The notes: generated from the sequence alone by a model not told the origin. 64,000 nucleotides of DNA from Squalus acanthias (GCA_030390025.1 JASTWF010000048.1:434001-498000), one strand, 5' to 3'. Shown: positions 37,295 to 50,068, numbered from the stretch's first letter. Program-made: numbers and translations.

Positions 37295-37975
37295 TCAGTG
37301 CTCATTTTCCGCCACCAGGTGGCAGCACTAGATGAAAGTTGAGTGCAAATGTTCTGCCTACCTGATCATTGCAGCATAGAATGATCCAGTACGGAAGGAG
37401 GCCATTCGAACCATCGTGCCTGTACCGGCTCTTTGAAAGGGCTATCCAATTAGTCCTACTCCCCTTCACTTGTATATATTTAATTCCGTTTTTAAAGTTA
37501 TTATTGAATCTGCTTCCACCGCTCTCTCAGACAATGTATTCACGATTATAACAACTCGCTGCATAAAGAAAAAATCTCCTCATCTTCGCTCTGATTGGTT
37601 TGCCAATTACTTTATATCTGTGCCCTTTGGTTATGGTCCCTTCTGCCACTGGACACCGTTTCTCCTTATTTAATCTAATCAAAGCTCATGTGATTTTGAA
37701 CACCTCTGTCAAATTTTCCCTTAAGATTCTTTGCCCTAAGGAGAACAAACTCAACTTTTCCACTCTCTCCACCTAGTTTAACTTCTGCATTCCTGGTGGC
37801 AGTCGAGTGAATCTCTTCTGCGCCCACTCTGAGGATTTGACATTAACTTTGCTCCATTTAGTTTACATGGCCTGGTGACAGGTTTCGATGGAACTTCAGT
37901 GCTGACGTTTCGCCACCAGGTGGCAGCTCCAGATACATGTTCAGTGCTTATTTCCGCCACAAGTTGGCAGCACTA
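37295..37975 (+). promoter_or_regulatory. Cluster of three co-oriented CTCF motifs 3' of the V12 RSS (about 37309, 37911 and 37954)
   Basis: CGCCACCAGGTGGCAGC twice and CGCCACAAGTTGGCAGC once, each preceded by TCAGTGC; a repeat insertion separates the first two. Confidence 0.7.
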
Positions 37976-38639
37976 GTGTCATGCGCTCCTTGAGAAAGTT
38001 GTTACACGCTCGGCCCTTCTGTATGTACGCTTGCGGCCTTTTTAATCGGTGCCATTCGATGGTGGGATTGAGGGAGAACAGGTTTCAACACAGAGCAAGA
38101 CTCAGCTCACCTTGCACAGTATCAGCGTTGGCTCAGTGGGTAGCACTTTCCTCTCTGAGTTAGAAGGTCCTGGCTTGTGCACTATAGCCATCGGCTTGAG
38201 CCAGTCGTCCAGGATGACAATTCAGTGCCTGTACTAAAGCAGTCTTGCACTGCCCAGGGGGCAGTATTGAAGGAAGGTTGCATGTTCGGAGTAGCTGTCT
38301 TAAAACCGTCTGCCCTCTCGGATGAACATAAAGGAAAATTGAAAGAAAGACTTCTATTTTTATTGCATTGTTCAAGACCCCAGCACGTTGCAAAGCGTAT
38401 TACAGCCAACTAAATACATTTGAAGTAGAGTCACTGTTGTAACGTAGGGCACGTTGCAGCCAATTTGCACACAGCAAGCTCCCACTAACAGCAATAAGAT
38501 ACATGACTCGTTAATCTTTTTAGTGATGTTGGTTCAGGATACATATTTCCCCCGTACATCGGGGAGAACTCCCCGTCATTTTCTACAGTAGTGTCCGTGG
38601 GGAGACAGGGCCTAGGTTAGGTGTCGTTCGTAAGAAAGC

Positions 38640-39002
38640 ACCTCCGACAGTATAGCGCTCCCTCAGTACTGCCCCTCTGATCGTGCATTGCTTCATCAGC
38701 ACTGACCCTCCGACAAAGCAGCGCAGCCACAGTACTACCCCTCCAACAGTGCAAAGTTACCACAGTATTGCCCCTCTGACAGTGCAGCGCTCCCTCAGTA
38801 CTATCCCTCTGATAGTGCAGCGCTACCTTAGTACTGCTCCTCCGCAAGTGCAGCAGTCCCTCAGTACTGCCCCTCCGACAGTGCAGCGCTCCCTCAGTAC
38901 TGCCCCTCCGACAGTGCAGCGCTCGCTCAGTACCGCCCCTCCGACAATGCAGCGCTCCCTCAGTACTGCCCTCCGACAATGCAGCGCGACCTCAGTACTG
39001 CA
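38640..39002 (-). repeat. 33-bp minisatellite within an antisense SINE
   Basis: CCCTCCGACAGTGCAGCGCTCCCTCAGTACTG units. Confidence 0.9.
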
Positions 39003-40171
39003 CTGGGAGTGTCAGCCTAGATATTTTTTCTTAAGTGTCTGGAGTGGGCCTCGAACCCAGGAACCTCTGACTCAGAATCGAGAGCGCTAACTAATGAGCC
39101 ACGGGTCATATAATTTGCACCAGTCCAACTTACATTTTGGGATCGAGATGTTCAGTAGAGCCGTGCTTTCAGCTGGCTTGGAACTGAGCTCTGGAATTCC
39201 CTCTTTCAACGTCTCCCACAATCTCTCCTCCTTTTAACCTACCTCTTTGATCAAGCTTATAGCCCACTGTCCTAATATGGGGCTCGGTGTCAAATTACGA
39301 ACATACGAACAATGACGGCCAGGTAAAGAACCTCTGGTCCATCGTGCTTGTCCCAAACAAAGGCGATACCTTGTGTATCAGAATATATATACTCCACCCC
39401 TCCCGAAATCATGTGATCTCCTGGGAGAGGCAAAAGAAAAGCAGATTTAAAAACTCACGGCAATTTGGGGAATAAAATCTGGGAAATTTCTCTCTGAACC
39501 AGTTAGGCAATTGAAATGAGTCCAGGAGCTCACTCTGGCCCTGAATTCCCTTCAGTAACTACCTTCTGCAAGAGCTGATCTCTGCCCCAGCAAGAAACAG
39601 GTCCAGCTTGAAGGAATTCAGCGACACCACACGAGATGTCAGCCTGCTCCAGAAGTCCACTATTGTTTAGGAAAAGAACCAGGTACGGACGTCTTTCCTA
39701 GATAAAGCCTGATTCAACTTATAATTGTTACTGCTGGTCCTCCCTAACCTATTAATTGAAACAAACTGTCAACTGGAAAACAATCTATTCCCTTCATTAT
39801 CTTATACACCTCAATCAGATCACCTGCAAGTCTCCGCTTCAGTAAACTATAGAGGCCCGACTCTTATTACCTATCTTGTTAACTAAGATGCTTTAAACTG
39901 GGAATTAGTCCAGAGATTCTCCGCTGCATCCATTCCAAAGCCCTAATATCACCTACCATGTGAGGAGACGCAAACTGGACACAGTATTCTAAGTGTGTCC
40001 TGACTAATGGATGAATATGGCTCGTCTTCTAATCGGTTGCGCGATGGATACAGCCCAACAGTCTATTTGCTCGAGCGATCGCTTCACGGCATTGCTCATG
40101 GAGTTTGATAACGCTCCTGTGAAGCGCATTGGGACGTTTTACTACGTCAAAGGCGCTATATAGATAGGTGT

Positions 40172-43100
40172 TAGAACATAAGAACATAAAAAATAGGAGC
40201 AGGAGTAGGCCAATCGGCCCTTCGAGCCTGCTCCGCCATTCAATAAGATCATGGCTGATCTGATCCTCACGTCAAATCTAAAGAACTCAAGAAGTAGGAG
40301 CAGGACCCGGCCACTCAGCCCCTGGGCCCGCTCCGCCACCCACAGGGCCTCGACCAATCTGAACTCAGCCTCATGTCTAATTTCCTGCCCGCTCCTCGTA
40401 ACCCCTAATTCCCTTTACTTCTAGGAAACTGTCTATTTCTGTTTTAAATTTATTTAATGATGTAGCTTCCACAGCTTCCTGGGGCAGCAAATTCCACAGC
40501 CGTACTACCCTCTGAGTGAAGAAGTTTCCACTCATCTCAGTTTTGAAAGAGCAGCCCTTATTCTAAGATTATGCCCCCTAGTTCTCGTTTCACCCAAACT
40601 TGGGAACATCCTTACCGCATCCACCCGATCAAGCCCCTTCACAATATTATATGTTTCAATAAGATCGCCTCTCACTCTTCTGAACTCCAATGAGTAGTGT
40701 CCCAATCTACTCAACCTCTCCTCATAAGTCCACCCACTCATCCCTGGGATTAACCGAGTGAACCTTCTTTGTACTGCCTCGAGAGCAAGTATGTCTTTTC
40801 TTAAGTATGGACACCAAAACTGTATGCAGTATTCCAGGAGCGGTCTCACCAATAGCTTATATAACTGCAGCAATACCTCCCTGTTTTTATAATCTATCCC
40901 CCTAGCAATAAAAGCCAACATTCTGTTGGCCTTCTTGATCACCTGCTGCACCTGCATACTAACTTTTTGATTTTCTTGCACTAGGACCCCCAGATACCTT
41001 TGTACTGCAGTACTTTCCAGTTTCTCGCCATTAAGATAATGGCCCAAAAATTCGGCCGAATATGGGATAGTAACCGCTGCGTACTCACCCGTATTCGGTC
41101 CCGAAGTTCCGGTTTCCTGCATGCACTGCGCATGCGCGGGAAACCGGCACTTTCTGTATGGCGAGGGGGCGGTTCCTCGGTGAACCGCGTGCGCACTAGA
41201 GGCTGTGCGCAGGTTTCAACGCGAGGGTAAGTATGGAAGATTTTACACAAGAAAAAATGAGGCGTAAGACCCCTTTTGAACAAGGTAAGTAGTTAATTAA
41301 GTATAATTTTTAATTTTTTTCAACAGGTTTATCTTTTTTTGAGACTTTAAAGAAAGGTAAGTTTATTTTTATAACTTTTTATTTTTTTTTAAATTTTTTC
41401 AAATATTTAAATTTTTGTTTAAAGTGGTTAATTTATTTAACTATAGTTATTTTATTAATGTGATGTTTTTAAAAAAAAAATATTTGAGGTTTAGCTGTTC
41501 TTTTGGGGTCTCTTTCAAGTCACAGATTTGACAGGTCTCCTGTCAAATCTTGAATGAATGATGGTCTGCTGCCATTGGCTCTCCATGGCCCACGTGATCC
41601 CAGAGGTCGCATCGCACTAACTGCGCCCCTGGGACACGCACACACTGCGCGCCGGCACTAGGGAGAGGCCCAGAACCCGAAGTTCCTGTGGGCCCAAAAC
41701 ACAACGGCCGGAGCGGTGTGTGATATCGCGCGCGATCCTTATCCCCGCGGCAAGCCTCTGATTCAAATTTCTGGGCCAATAACTTGCTCTCTGATATTTC
41801 CTGCCAAAGTGCATAACCTCATATTTTCCAATATTGTATTGCATCTGCCAAATCTCTGCCCACTCACCCAGCCTGTCGATATCCCCTTGTAGGTTTTTTA
41901 TGTCCTCCTCACTTTCTACTTTCCCTCCCATCTTTGTATCATCTGCAAACTTTGATATGTTACACTCGGTCCCCTCCTCCAAATCGTTAATATAGATTGT
42001 AAAGAGTTGGGGACCCAGCACCGACCCTTGCGGAACACCGCTGTCTACTGGTTGCCAGTCCGTGAATGAACCATTTATCCCAACTCTCTGCTTCCTGTTA
42101 GATAACCAATCCTCCACCCATGCCAGAATATTACCCCCAATCCAGTCATTTTTTATCTTGAGCAATAATCTTTCATCTGGCACCTTGTTGAATGCCTTCT
42201 GGAAGTCGAAATACACTACGTCCACTGGTTCCCCTTTATCCACCCTGTACGTTATGTCCTCAAAGGACTCAAGCAAATTTGTCAGACATGACTTCCCTTT
42301 CAGAAAGCCATGCTGACTTTGTCCTATTAAATTATGTTTATCTAAATGTTCCGTTACTGTCTCCTTAATAATAGACTCCAAAATTTTACCCACCACAGAT
42401 GTTAGGTAACTGGTCTATAATTTCCAGCCTTCTGCCTACTACCCTTTTTAAATAAGGGTGTTACATTAGCAGTTTTCCAATCTGCCGGGACCTTTGCTGA
42501 GTCCAGGACATTTTGGAAAATTATTACCAAAGCATCCACAATCCCTACTGCCACTTCCCTCAAGACCCTAGGATGTAAGCCATCAGGTCCAGGGGATTTA
42601 TCCGCCTTGAGTCCCATTATTTTACTGAGTACCAATTCCTCAGTGATTTTAACCGTATTTAGCTCCTTCCCCCCCTGTTTGTCCAGTGTAGGGATATTCT
42701 TAGGGTCCTCTACCGTAAAGACTGAAACAAAATATTTGTTCAGCATTTTTGTCATCTCCATGTTTCCCACCATTAATTTCCCGGTCTCATCCTCTAAGGG
42801 ACCTACGATTGCCTTAGCCACCCTTTTTCTTTTTATATAACTATATAAACTCTTGCTATCTGTTTTTATATTTTTTGCTAATTTATTTTCATAATCTATC
42901 TTCCCTTTCTTAATCAATCCTTTTGTTACTTTTTGCTGTCTTTTGAAGACTTCCCAATCTTCTATCCTCCCACTAAGTTTGGCTACCTTATATGTCCTTG
43001 ATTTTAGTCGGATACTATCCTTAATTTCTTTACTTAGCCACGGATGGCTGTCATTTCTTTTACACCCTTTTTTCCTCAGTGGAATATATATTTTTTGAAA

Positions 43101-43410
43101 GTTGTAAAATAACTCCTTAAATGAACACCGCTGCTCATGCACCGTCTTACCCTTTAATCTATTTTCCCAGTCAACTTTAATCAATTCTGTTCTCATACCA
43201 TCATAGTCTCCTTTATTCAAGCTCAGTACGCTTGTTTGAAAACCAACCTTCTCAGCATCTAATTGGATATGGAATTCAACCATGTTATGGTCACTCAGTC
43301 CAAGGGGATCCTTAACTAGGACATTATTAATTAATCCTGACTCATTACACAGGACCAGGTCTAAGGTTGCTTGCCCCCTTGTAGGATCAGTTACATACTG
43401 CTCAAGAAAT
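40172..43410 (-). mobile_element. CR1 LINE interrupted by a MITE
   Basis: KSPGPDGLHPRVL, NYRPV, DFQKAF and FADDTK motifs; 3' tail at about 40172-40190. Confidence 0.92.
41041..41777 (-). mobile_element. Related Harbinger-like MITE, opposite orientation, inserted in CR1 ORF2
   Basis: TIRs GGCCCAAAAATT...AATTTCTGGGCC with TSD AAT; removing it restores the CR1 frame ASYYLNGEKL. Confidence 0.8.
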
Positions 43411-43568
43411 GTTGTTGTTGTTATAGACCAATTCTTATATTCCGACTATTTTGGGTCCCGGCCCAAGACGAATTTCGCGATGTTTTGACATAGCAGGAGA
43501 ACACGCATGCACTAACTCACATTCTGTACGGCAGATATAACTTGAACGTGGCTGCGTCCTCTGGGAAA

Positions 43569-43583
43569 TAATGTCACTTCCGG
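43569..43583 (-). promoter_or_regulatory. ETS/decamer composite in the V13 promoter
   Basis: Minus strand reads CCGGAAGTGACATTA, about 110 bp upstream of the leader ATG. Confidence 0.6.
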
Positions 43584-43690
43584 GGGCTCGGTTTCGGGTG
43601 CGCACCTAGACGGCCATCAGTCAGAATCGGAGGCACTCGGTGTGAGAACACGATCATTGCAGCAATCAATCTGTCCACTTCGATCCAATT

Positions 43691-45239
43691 ATGCAAATAG
43701 ATTTAATTTTATATATTTTTCTACTTTTCCTGCCGGGTAAGTATCCTGTGTGCAAATAAGATTTTGTTTTAGAGCGATGTGTTCCATTAGACATTAGATT
43801 TCACTGAACTAGCAGCGTTAGATATGCGGCAGAGTGGGTACAAACTCGTCTTGGGCTATACCGCATTACCGGAGTTGAATATCAGGCGCAAAGCGAATAA
43901 CGGGCGGTCCAAACATTAGCGCCTGTTTTGCGCTATCGCCCAAGTCGAATTTCTAACCAACTGTTTAATAGTTACTTTGTTAAATTATGAATTGCGGCTC
44001 AATTGTTTATTTAGGAACAATATGGCAACAGGTTCACTAGAAATCATCTGCAAGTGTGGTTTTGCTACGGACATTTGTATAATAACAACAGGTTTCATTT
44101 ATATAGCGTCTTTCTCAGAGTAAAATGTCCCATGGTGCTTCGCAGGAGAGTAAATCAGGCAAAATTTGATCCAAGCCACATAAGGAGCTATTGTGACAGG
44201 AAAAAAGGGTACGTTTTAAATAGACACTGAAAGGAGGAGAGAGCGGTAGAGCATTGGAGATGTTTAGGGAGGGAATTCCAAAGCTTGGGGTCTCGGCCGC
44301 TGGAGGTACGGCGGCCAACTGTGGGGCAAAGGGAGGAGGGGATGCACGAGAGGCCAGATTTGGAGGAGTGCAGCGCTCTCGGAGGTTACACAGATAGGGA
44401 AGGGGCGAGAGGCCACGGCGGCATTTGAACAAAAAGGATCAGAATTTTATAATCGAGGCACTGCTGCCCGGGGAACCAATGTAGCTCAGCGAGTCTGTGC
44501 TGCAGGGGTAATAGGTGAGAGCGACTTATTGTGAAATAGGATAATAATGAAATATGATGTTGTTGGGAAATACTACACACTTGCTCTAGTCGCGTAACCA
44601 CTCAATTTTACAACCAAATTCGTGCATCGATTTAAGACAGTTGACAAAAGAACCAGAGGGAGATGAGGAGAAATGCTTTTTTTTCGTCTCAGCTATTTCT
44701 TATGACCTGGCATCTACTGCCTAAAAGGGCGATGGAAGTAGTTTGAACGGTAACTTTCGAAAGGGAATTTGTTAAAGATTTAAAGGGAGAACATTGCAGG
44801 GCTATGGGGAAAGAGCCGGTGAGTGGAATTAATTGAATAGCTCTTCCAAAAGATCCGGCACAGACACTATAGGCCGAATGGCCTCATTCTGTGCTGTTAG
44901 ATTTAATGAATTCTCTTAATTTGTTTTGTTTTTTAGATTTAACACACGGATTGAGGCCTCTTCAAAGTCCACTCACGCTGGTGATTGCAGAAGACAAACT
45001 TGCAACAATAAGTTGCTATGAACAGCATTCGACACCTCAATCCATGCTCTGGTACCGCCAATCGGCTGGCCAGGGTCTCAAGTTGATCGGATACATTCAA
45101 GTCGGTGGAACGTTTCATTACGAAGAGAAGGATCAAACCCGTTTTGAAATTACAGGAAACGGCGATAGAAACTCTAATCTGAAGCTCCCCAGGGCCGCAC
45201 CTGCAGACACGGCGGTGTATTACTGTGCGACGAGTGACG
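43691..45239 (+). CDS. TRBV: TRBV V13 (family E); leader 43691-43736, V exon 44937-45239
   Basis: Leader MQIDLILYIFLLFLP g|gtaagt splices in phase to DLTHGLRPLQSP...ISC...WYRQ...LIGY...RFEI...DTAVYYCATSD. Confidence 0.87.
43836..43958. mobile_element. Small MITE-like inverted-repeat element (about 120 bp) in the V13 intron
   Basis: AAACTCGTCTTGGGCTATA ... TATCGCCCAAGTCGAATTT form an inverted pair; a related half lies at about 43461. Confidence 0.45.
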
Positions 45240-45278
45240 CACAGCGTTGCAGACTGGTTGAGCGCCCTGTCAAAAACC
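45240..45278 (+). other. 23-RSS of V13
   Basis: CACAGCG-23-TCAAAAACC. Confidence 0.93.
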
Positions 45279-45619
45279 CAGCCGGCTCGAAGCGTGAAGA
45301 AGGAACGAAAGAACCTGCATTTCTATAACGTCTTTTACTACCTCAGGACGTCCCGAAGCGCTTCTCAGCCAATAAAGCACTTTTTTCAAGGTGTGGTCAC
45401 TGTTGTAATCTGAGGAAACACTGCCGCCAATGTTACCACAGGAAGATCTCCACAAACTGCAATGAGGTCATTCTGTTGTTTTATTGATGTTTAAATGTTT
45501 GCCCATTTCACTGGGGATAAATTCCCCTGCTCTTCTTCCAATAGTGTCTGTTGGATCTTTTACATCCACCTGTGAGAGAAGACGTGGCCTCGGTTTAACC
45601 ACATGCAAAAGAGTCACTT

Positions 45620-45960
45620 CTAACAGTGCAGCGCTCCATCGGTACAGCCTCTCCGACAGTACAGCCCTCCCTCAGTACTGCGCCTCCGACAGTGCAGCAC
45701 TCCCTCAGTACTGCCCATCCGAGAGCGAATCGCTTCCTCAGTACTGCACCTCCGACAGTGTAGCACTCCCTCAGTACTGACCCCTCCGAAAGTACGGCGC
45801 TCCCTCCGTACTGCCCCTCCGACAGTGCGGCGCTCCCTCCGTACTGCCCCGCTGACAGTGAAGCGCTCCCACAGTAATGCCTCTCTGACAATACAGCGCT
45901 GACTCAGTACTGCCTGTCCGACAATGCAGTGCTCTCACCGTACTGCCCCACCGATAGTGC
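45620..45960 (-). repeat. 33-bp minisatellite within an antisense SINE 3' of V13
   Basis: Same unit. Confidence 0.88.
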
Positions 45961-46701
45961 AAAACTGTCAGTACTAAGTTATTCGTTCAAGTCTCTGCTT
46001 TAGGTCTCGAACGTACAAAATTCTGTCTCAGCGGCAAGTGAATGTGTAAAACTTACGGTAATTTTAGAGCTAGAACCCGGATAGCAGTTTACATAAATCA
46101 CATGTTCTGTACTGTTTTTCAGGGAAAATAAGCTGCATCGCCAAACAACAACAGCAACAATAAATTACCTTTATGTAACGCCTTTAAAGTATTAAAACTT
46201 CCCAAGGCGCTTATTAGGACAGGTGACCAAAAGCTTGTTGACATAGGTAGGCTTTAAGGAACGTCAAAGTAGAAGATAGAGTTGGATGGTTTTAAACATT
46301 TAGGGAGTGAATTTTAGAGCTCAGGGCCTCGGCAACTGAAGGCACGGCCGCCAGTGGTGGAACGATTAAAATCGGGGATGCGCACGAGGCCCGAATTGGA
46401 TGAGCGCAGCAATCTCGGAAGGATGAAGGACTGGAGGAGGTTACCGAGACAGGATGGGGACGAGGCCTTGAAGGGATTTCAATGCGAAGATGAGAATCTT
46501 TGAGTCGTGGCGTTGTCGTAACTGGAGCCAATGTAGGTCAGCGAGCACAGTGGGTGAATGTGTGAACGGGACCTCGTCCGAGTCAGGAAAAGACCAGCAG
46601 AACTTTGTAGCAGCTCGTGTTTAGGGAAGGTGCAATGTGGGATTTCGAGCAGGAATAGCACTGGAGTAGTCCAATCTGGAGGTAACAAAAGCATGGATGA
46701 T

Positions 46702-47192
46702 CTGTCAAATCTATGAACAGAGATCGGCCCCAACACCTAAGTAAAACTTCAAATATATTTTTTTATAAAATCACATTTTTAAAATAACTATAAATTACAT
46801 CAATTTTGAAAAATTTACTTACAGTTTTTAACGGGGCTAAAAATAAACTTATCTTTCTTTAAAGTATTTAGAAAAGATAAACCTGTGGAAGAAATGTAAA
46901 AATTTTACTTAATTCACCACTTACCTTTTCAAAAGCAGGCCTTGCGCTTGCTTTTTCAACGCGCTTCTGCTAGAGACTTACCCTCACGGAGAAACCTGAA
47001 AAAAACGGAAGTTCCAGGCGTACACGCTGCCTCTCCGACGCACGCGTTTGACCTCTGTACCTCTTCCCTCAAGAGAACGGTAGTGCCGGTTTCCAGCGCA
47101 TGAACAGTTCATGCGTGAAACTGGCACTTTCGTTGGGTCTACGGATGACTACACTGCGCGTACTCACTCGTGGAGACCCGAATTTCTGGCCC
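46702..47192 (+). mobile_element. 5'-truncated copy of the same MITE family
   Basis: Shares the AT-rich core, the GCGCATG/CCGG motifs and the terminal GAATTTCTGGCCC. Confidence 0.65.
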
Positions 47193-47561
47193 ATTATATA
47201 TAATTTACAGCACAGAAGCAGGTCACTCGGCCCAACTGCTCAGTGCTGGTTTTTATGCGCCACACGAGCCTTCTCCCACCTGACTCCATCTCACCCTATT
47301 CTAAAGGAATGAGCCAAACCTATACAGAAAAACACACCATCCTATAAAAAGATTTCTGATATTATTAATACATGATATGCTGGGGTTTAAAAATCTAAAA
47401 GCCTCAACGACACAATTTTTAAACACCATACAGGCTTTTGAGATAAAGATTGGTTATTGATACTGACACAATGGCCTACTGAGGAAGCAAAGAGTTGGTT
47501 CCAAAGAGTCTGTAGTTTGGAACCAGAACAATAGCAATGCCCAAGTAAAGTGTTAAAATCT

Positions 47562-47783
47562 AACCAGAACGACACCAGCAATGCATACATGTGCTGGTAC
47601 CGGCAGTACAGCGGGGCGGGGTTGCAGCTCGTAGCGACCTCGGTATCCGGCGGTGAGCCAACACACGAGGATGGATTCAAGGAAAGGTTTGAAGTAAAGA
47701 GACCTGATCTTCAGTCCTGCAGCCTGAAAATACTGAGCGTCGAGCCGACTGACACGACGGCGTATTACTGCGCTATTACAAAG
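47562..47783 (+). pseudogene. TRBV: TRBV V14 (family F), 5'-truncated (no leader, FR1 or Cys23)
   Basis: NQNDTSNAYMCWYRQ...ERFEVKRPD...DTTAYYCAIT; the sequence upstream is unrelated. Confidence 0.85.
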
Positions 47784-47822
47784 CACAGCGATTCAACCAA
47801 GCGCAGAGCCGGTTCAAAAACT
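47784..47822 (+). other. 23-RSS of V14
   Basis: CACAGCG-23-TCAAAAACT. Confidence 0.9.
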
Positions 47823-48039
47823 CACTGCGACTCCGAACAGAAAGATGCCGGGACCCCCAGACCTACCCTCGCACGCTTAACGCGCACGACATTGCTCTGT
47901 CCGCTATTATAATTTTCAGTTGTGTTAAACCAGTTAATTCCATTCTGAAAACAGACGCTACGATATCATTATACTTGGGGGATACGAGTTTGCCCTGATC
48001 AACGCTGCTGTCATTTCAATGCAATCATCTTCAATCAGG

Positions 48040-48058
48040 CACCGCTAGGGGGAGCTCT
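48040..48058 (+). promoter_or_regulatory. CTCF motif about 220 bp 3' of the V14 RSS
   Basis: CACCGCTAGGGGGAGCTCT. Confidence 0.6.
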
Positions 48059-49551
48059 GGTATAACAAGAGGAAGATTAGATTGAAACCTGCAGTCCCAT
48101 AGCAAAATAGGAACAGGAGTAGACCATTCAGCTCCTCGAGCCTGTTACATATGAATAAGAGTAGACCAGTTAGCCACTCAAGCCAGTTCCACCATTTAAT
48201 TCGATCATGGCTGACTGTATCTTAACTACAGCTCCTCGCCTTGGTTTCAGAAACCGTAATAGTTTTGCAGAAAAAAAATCTATTAATATCAGTTTTGATA
48301 TTTTCAATTGACCCCCAGCCTCAACAGCTGTTTGGGGAAGAGCGTTTCAGATTTCCACTTACCTTTGTCTGATTATGTGCTTCCTGAAATCACCCCATGA
48401 CAGCCGAGCTCTAAGTTTATTTTCCCTTTTTCTGGACTTTTCCATCGGAGGAAATAATTTCTCTCTATTTAACATATCAAATCCTTTTTATCAAACATAA
48501 ACATCCAAAGGTTTTATGCGCAAGTTAGGTGAAGGTGCAAGAGCTATAGTGCAGAACAGCGGTAGTATCAAAACAGATGAGAAAGTGTGAGATAAATTAA
48601 GATTATTTTCTTTGTATTCATTCTCGGGATGTGAGGGTCGCTGGCTAAAAATTTTGCCCATCCCTGATTGCCCCTTCAGAAGGTGGTGGTGGGCCTTCTC
48701 TAGAACAGCTGCAGTCCCGTGTGGCGAAGGTGCCCCCACAGCGCTGTTCGACAGGGAGTTCCAAGATTTTGACAGTGTCGCTGAAGCAACGGCCGATTCA
48801 TGTCCAAATTTGGCTGGAGTGTTTGTGACCTGGAGGGCGACTTGGCGCTGATGGTGTTTCCATTGGACCTGCTGCCGTGTTGGGTTATTAAAACTTAGAC
48901 ACTGATATCTAAATCTCGGGGAACCCCACAGTAGAAGTCCCACTGGACCAAACCACTTCCATTCAGGCATAGAGATTACACCAGGGAAACGGGTCGTTCC
49001 AACGAGCCACCTCGTGTAATTAACCCTCCACGTCAAAAAATAGTTCGCATCACATTTACTCGCCCTCTCTTCTGGCATACTACATGAAAAGACCTGCAAG
49101 AGCTCCGTAGCAGGACAGACAGCTCGACCTCGAAATTCATTCGAACCAATCGTCTAACCAACTGAGCCAGTTTCCCAACTCACCCCATTCACCACCAGTC
49201 AAACCCATACAATGACACACGGCAGGGAACAGAACTAGTTCCTGTCTCACACTGCTTTCGACCAGGTCGTCTGAATGTCATGTCACACTGGAAGTGAAGA
49301 ATCAGAAGGCAACCCTCCTTCTCATGATGTCATATCCGGCTGTCAATTTTACTGTCTCCTGCCTTCAATTTGTCCAATAGCGGATTCAGCCCAAAGTCTG
49401 TAGGATGCAGTTAGACATTCGCTTCATTATCCTCTGGCCGCTGTTTCCATGTACGCTGTTTTAATGATTGGCAAAGAGCGGGTTGGATCACAAGACTCAA
49501 CCCTCTTGTTTTCGCTGATTTCATTTTTAAATATAAATCTTAAAGGAAAAG

Positions 49552-50068
49552 ATGTATCTTGTATTGTGCCTCGTGATCTTATTTCAATGTAAGTGATTTT
49601 TTCAAACAAAAATCTTTGTTAATAAGCTTTCTTTACTCTTTCTTTCCTTCTTTCTTTCTTTCTTTCCTTGCGTCCTTTATTCTCTCTTTCTCTCGCCCTT
49701 TACTTCTTTCTTTCTACACTACCCAGAATGTTCCTGTTTGCTGACCTCCTCCTTATCCCCTCTCTTTCCCAGACGTGAACTCAGAGACGGTTGGTCAGAC
49801 TCCCGCCGCTGTCTCCAATATTCCTGGGAAGGGAGCGGAACTGAAGTGCGCCGTGGAGGGCGCCAGTAGCGGCTACATGTACTGGTACAGACAATACCCG
49901 GGGAAGGAGCTGCAGTCCATGTTTTACTCCACTATTATCAATCACGTGGATCCAGAGGGGACGGTGGACGGTTTTACCGCCGAGCGACCGAAAGGCAACG
50001 AGTTCAAACTGAAGTCCTCCAGCCTGCAGGCGAATCACTCGGCCGTGTATTACTGCGCCTGGAGTCTT
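49552..50068 (+). CDS. TRBV: TRBV V15 (family A), intact; leader 49552-49588, V exon 49773-50068
   Basis: Leader MYLVLCLVILFQ, canonical splice sites, open frame to YYCAWSL. Confidence 0.92.
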
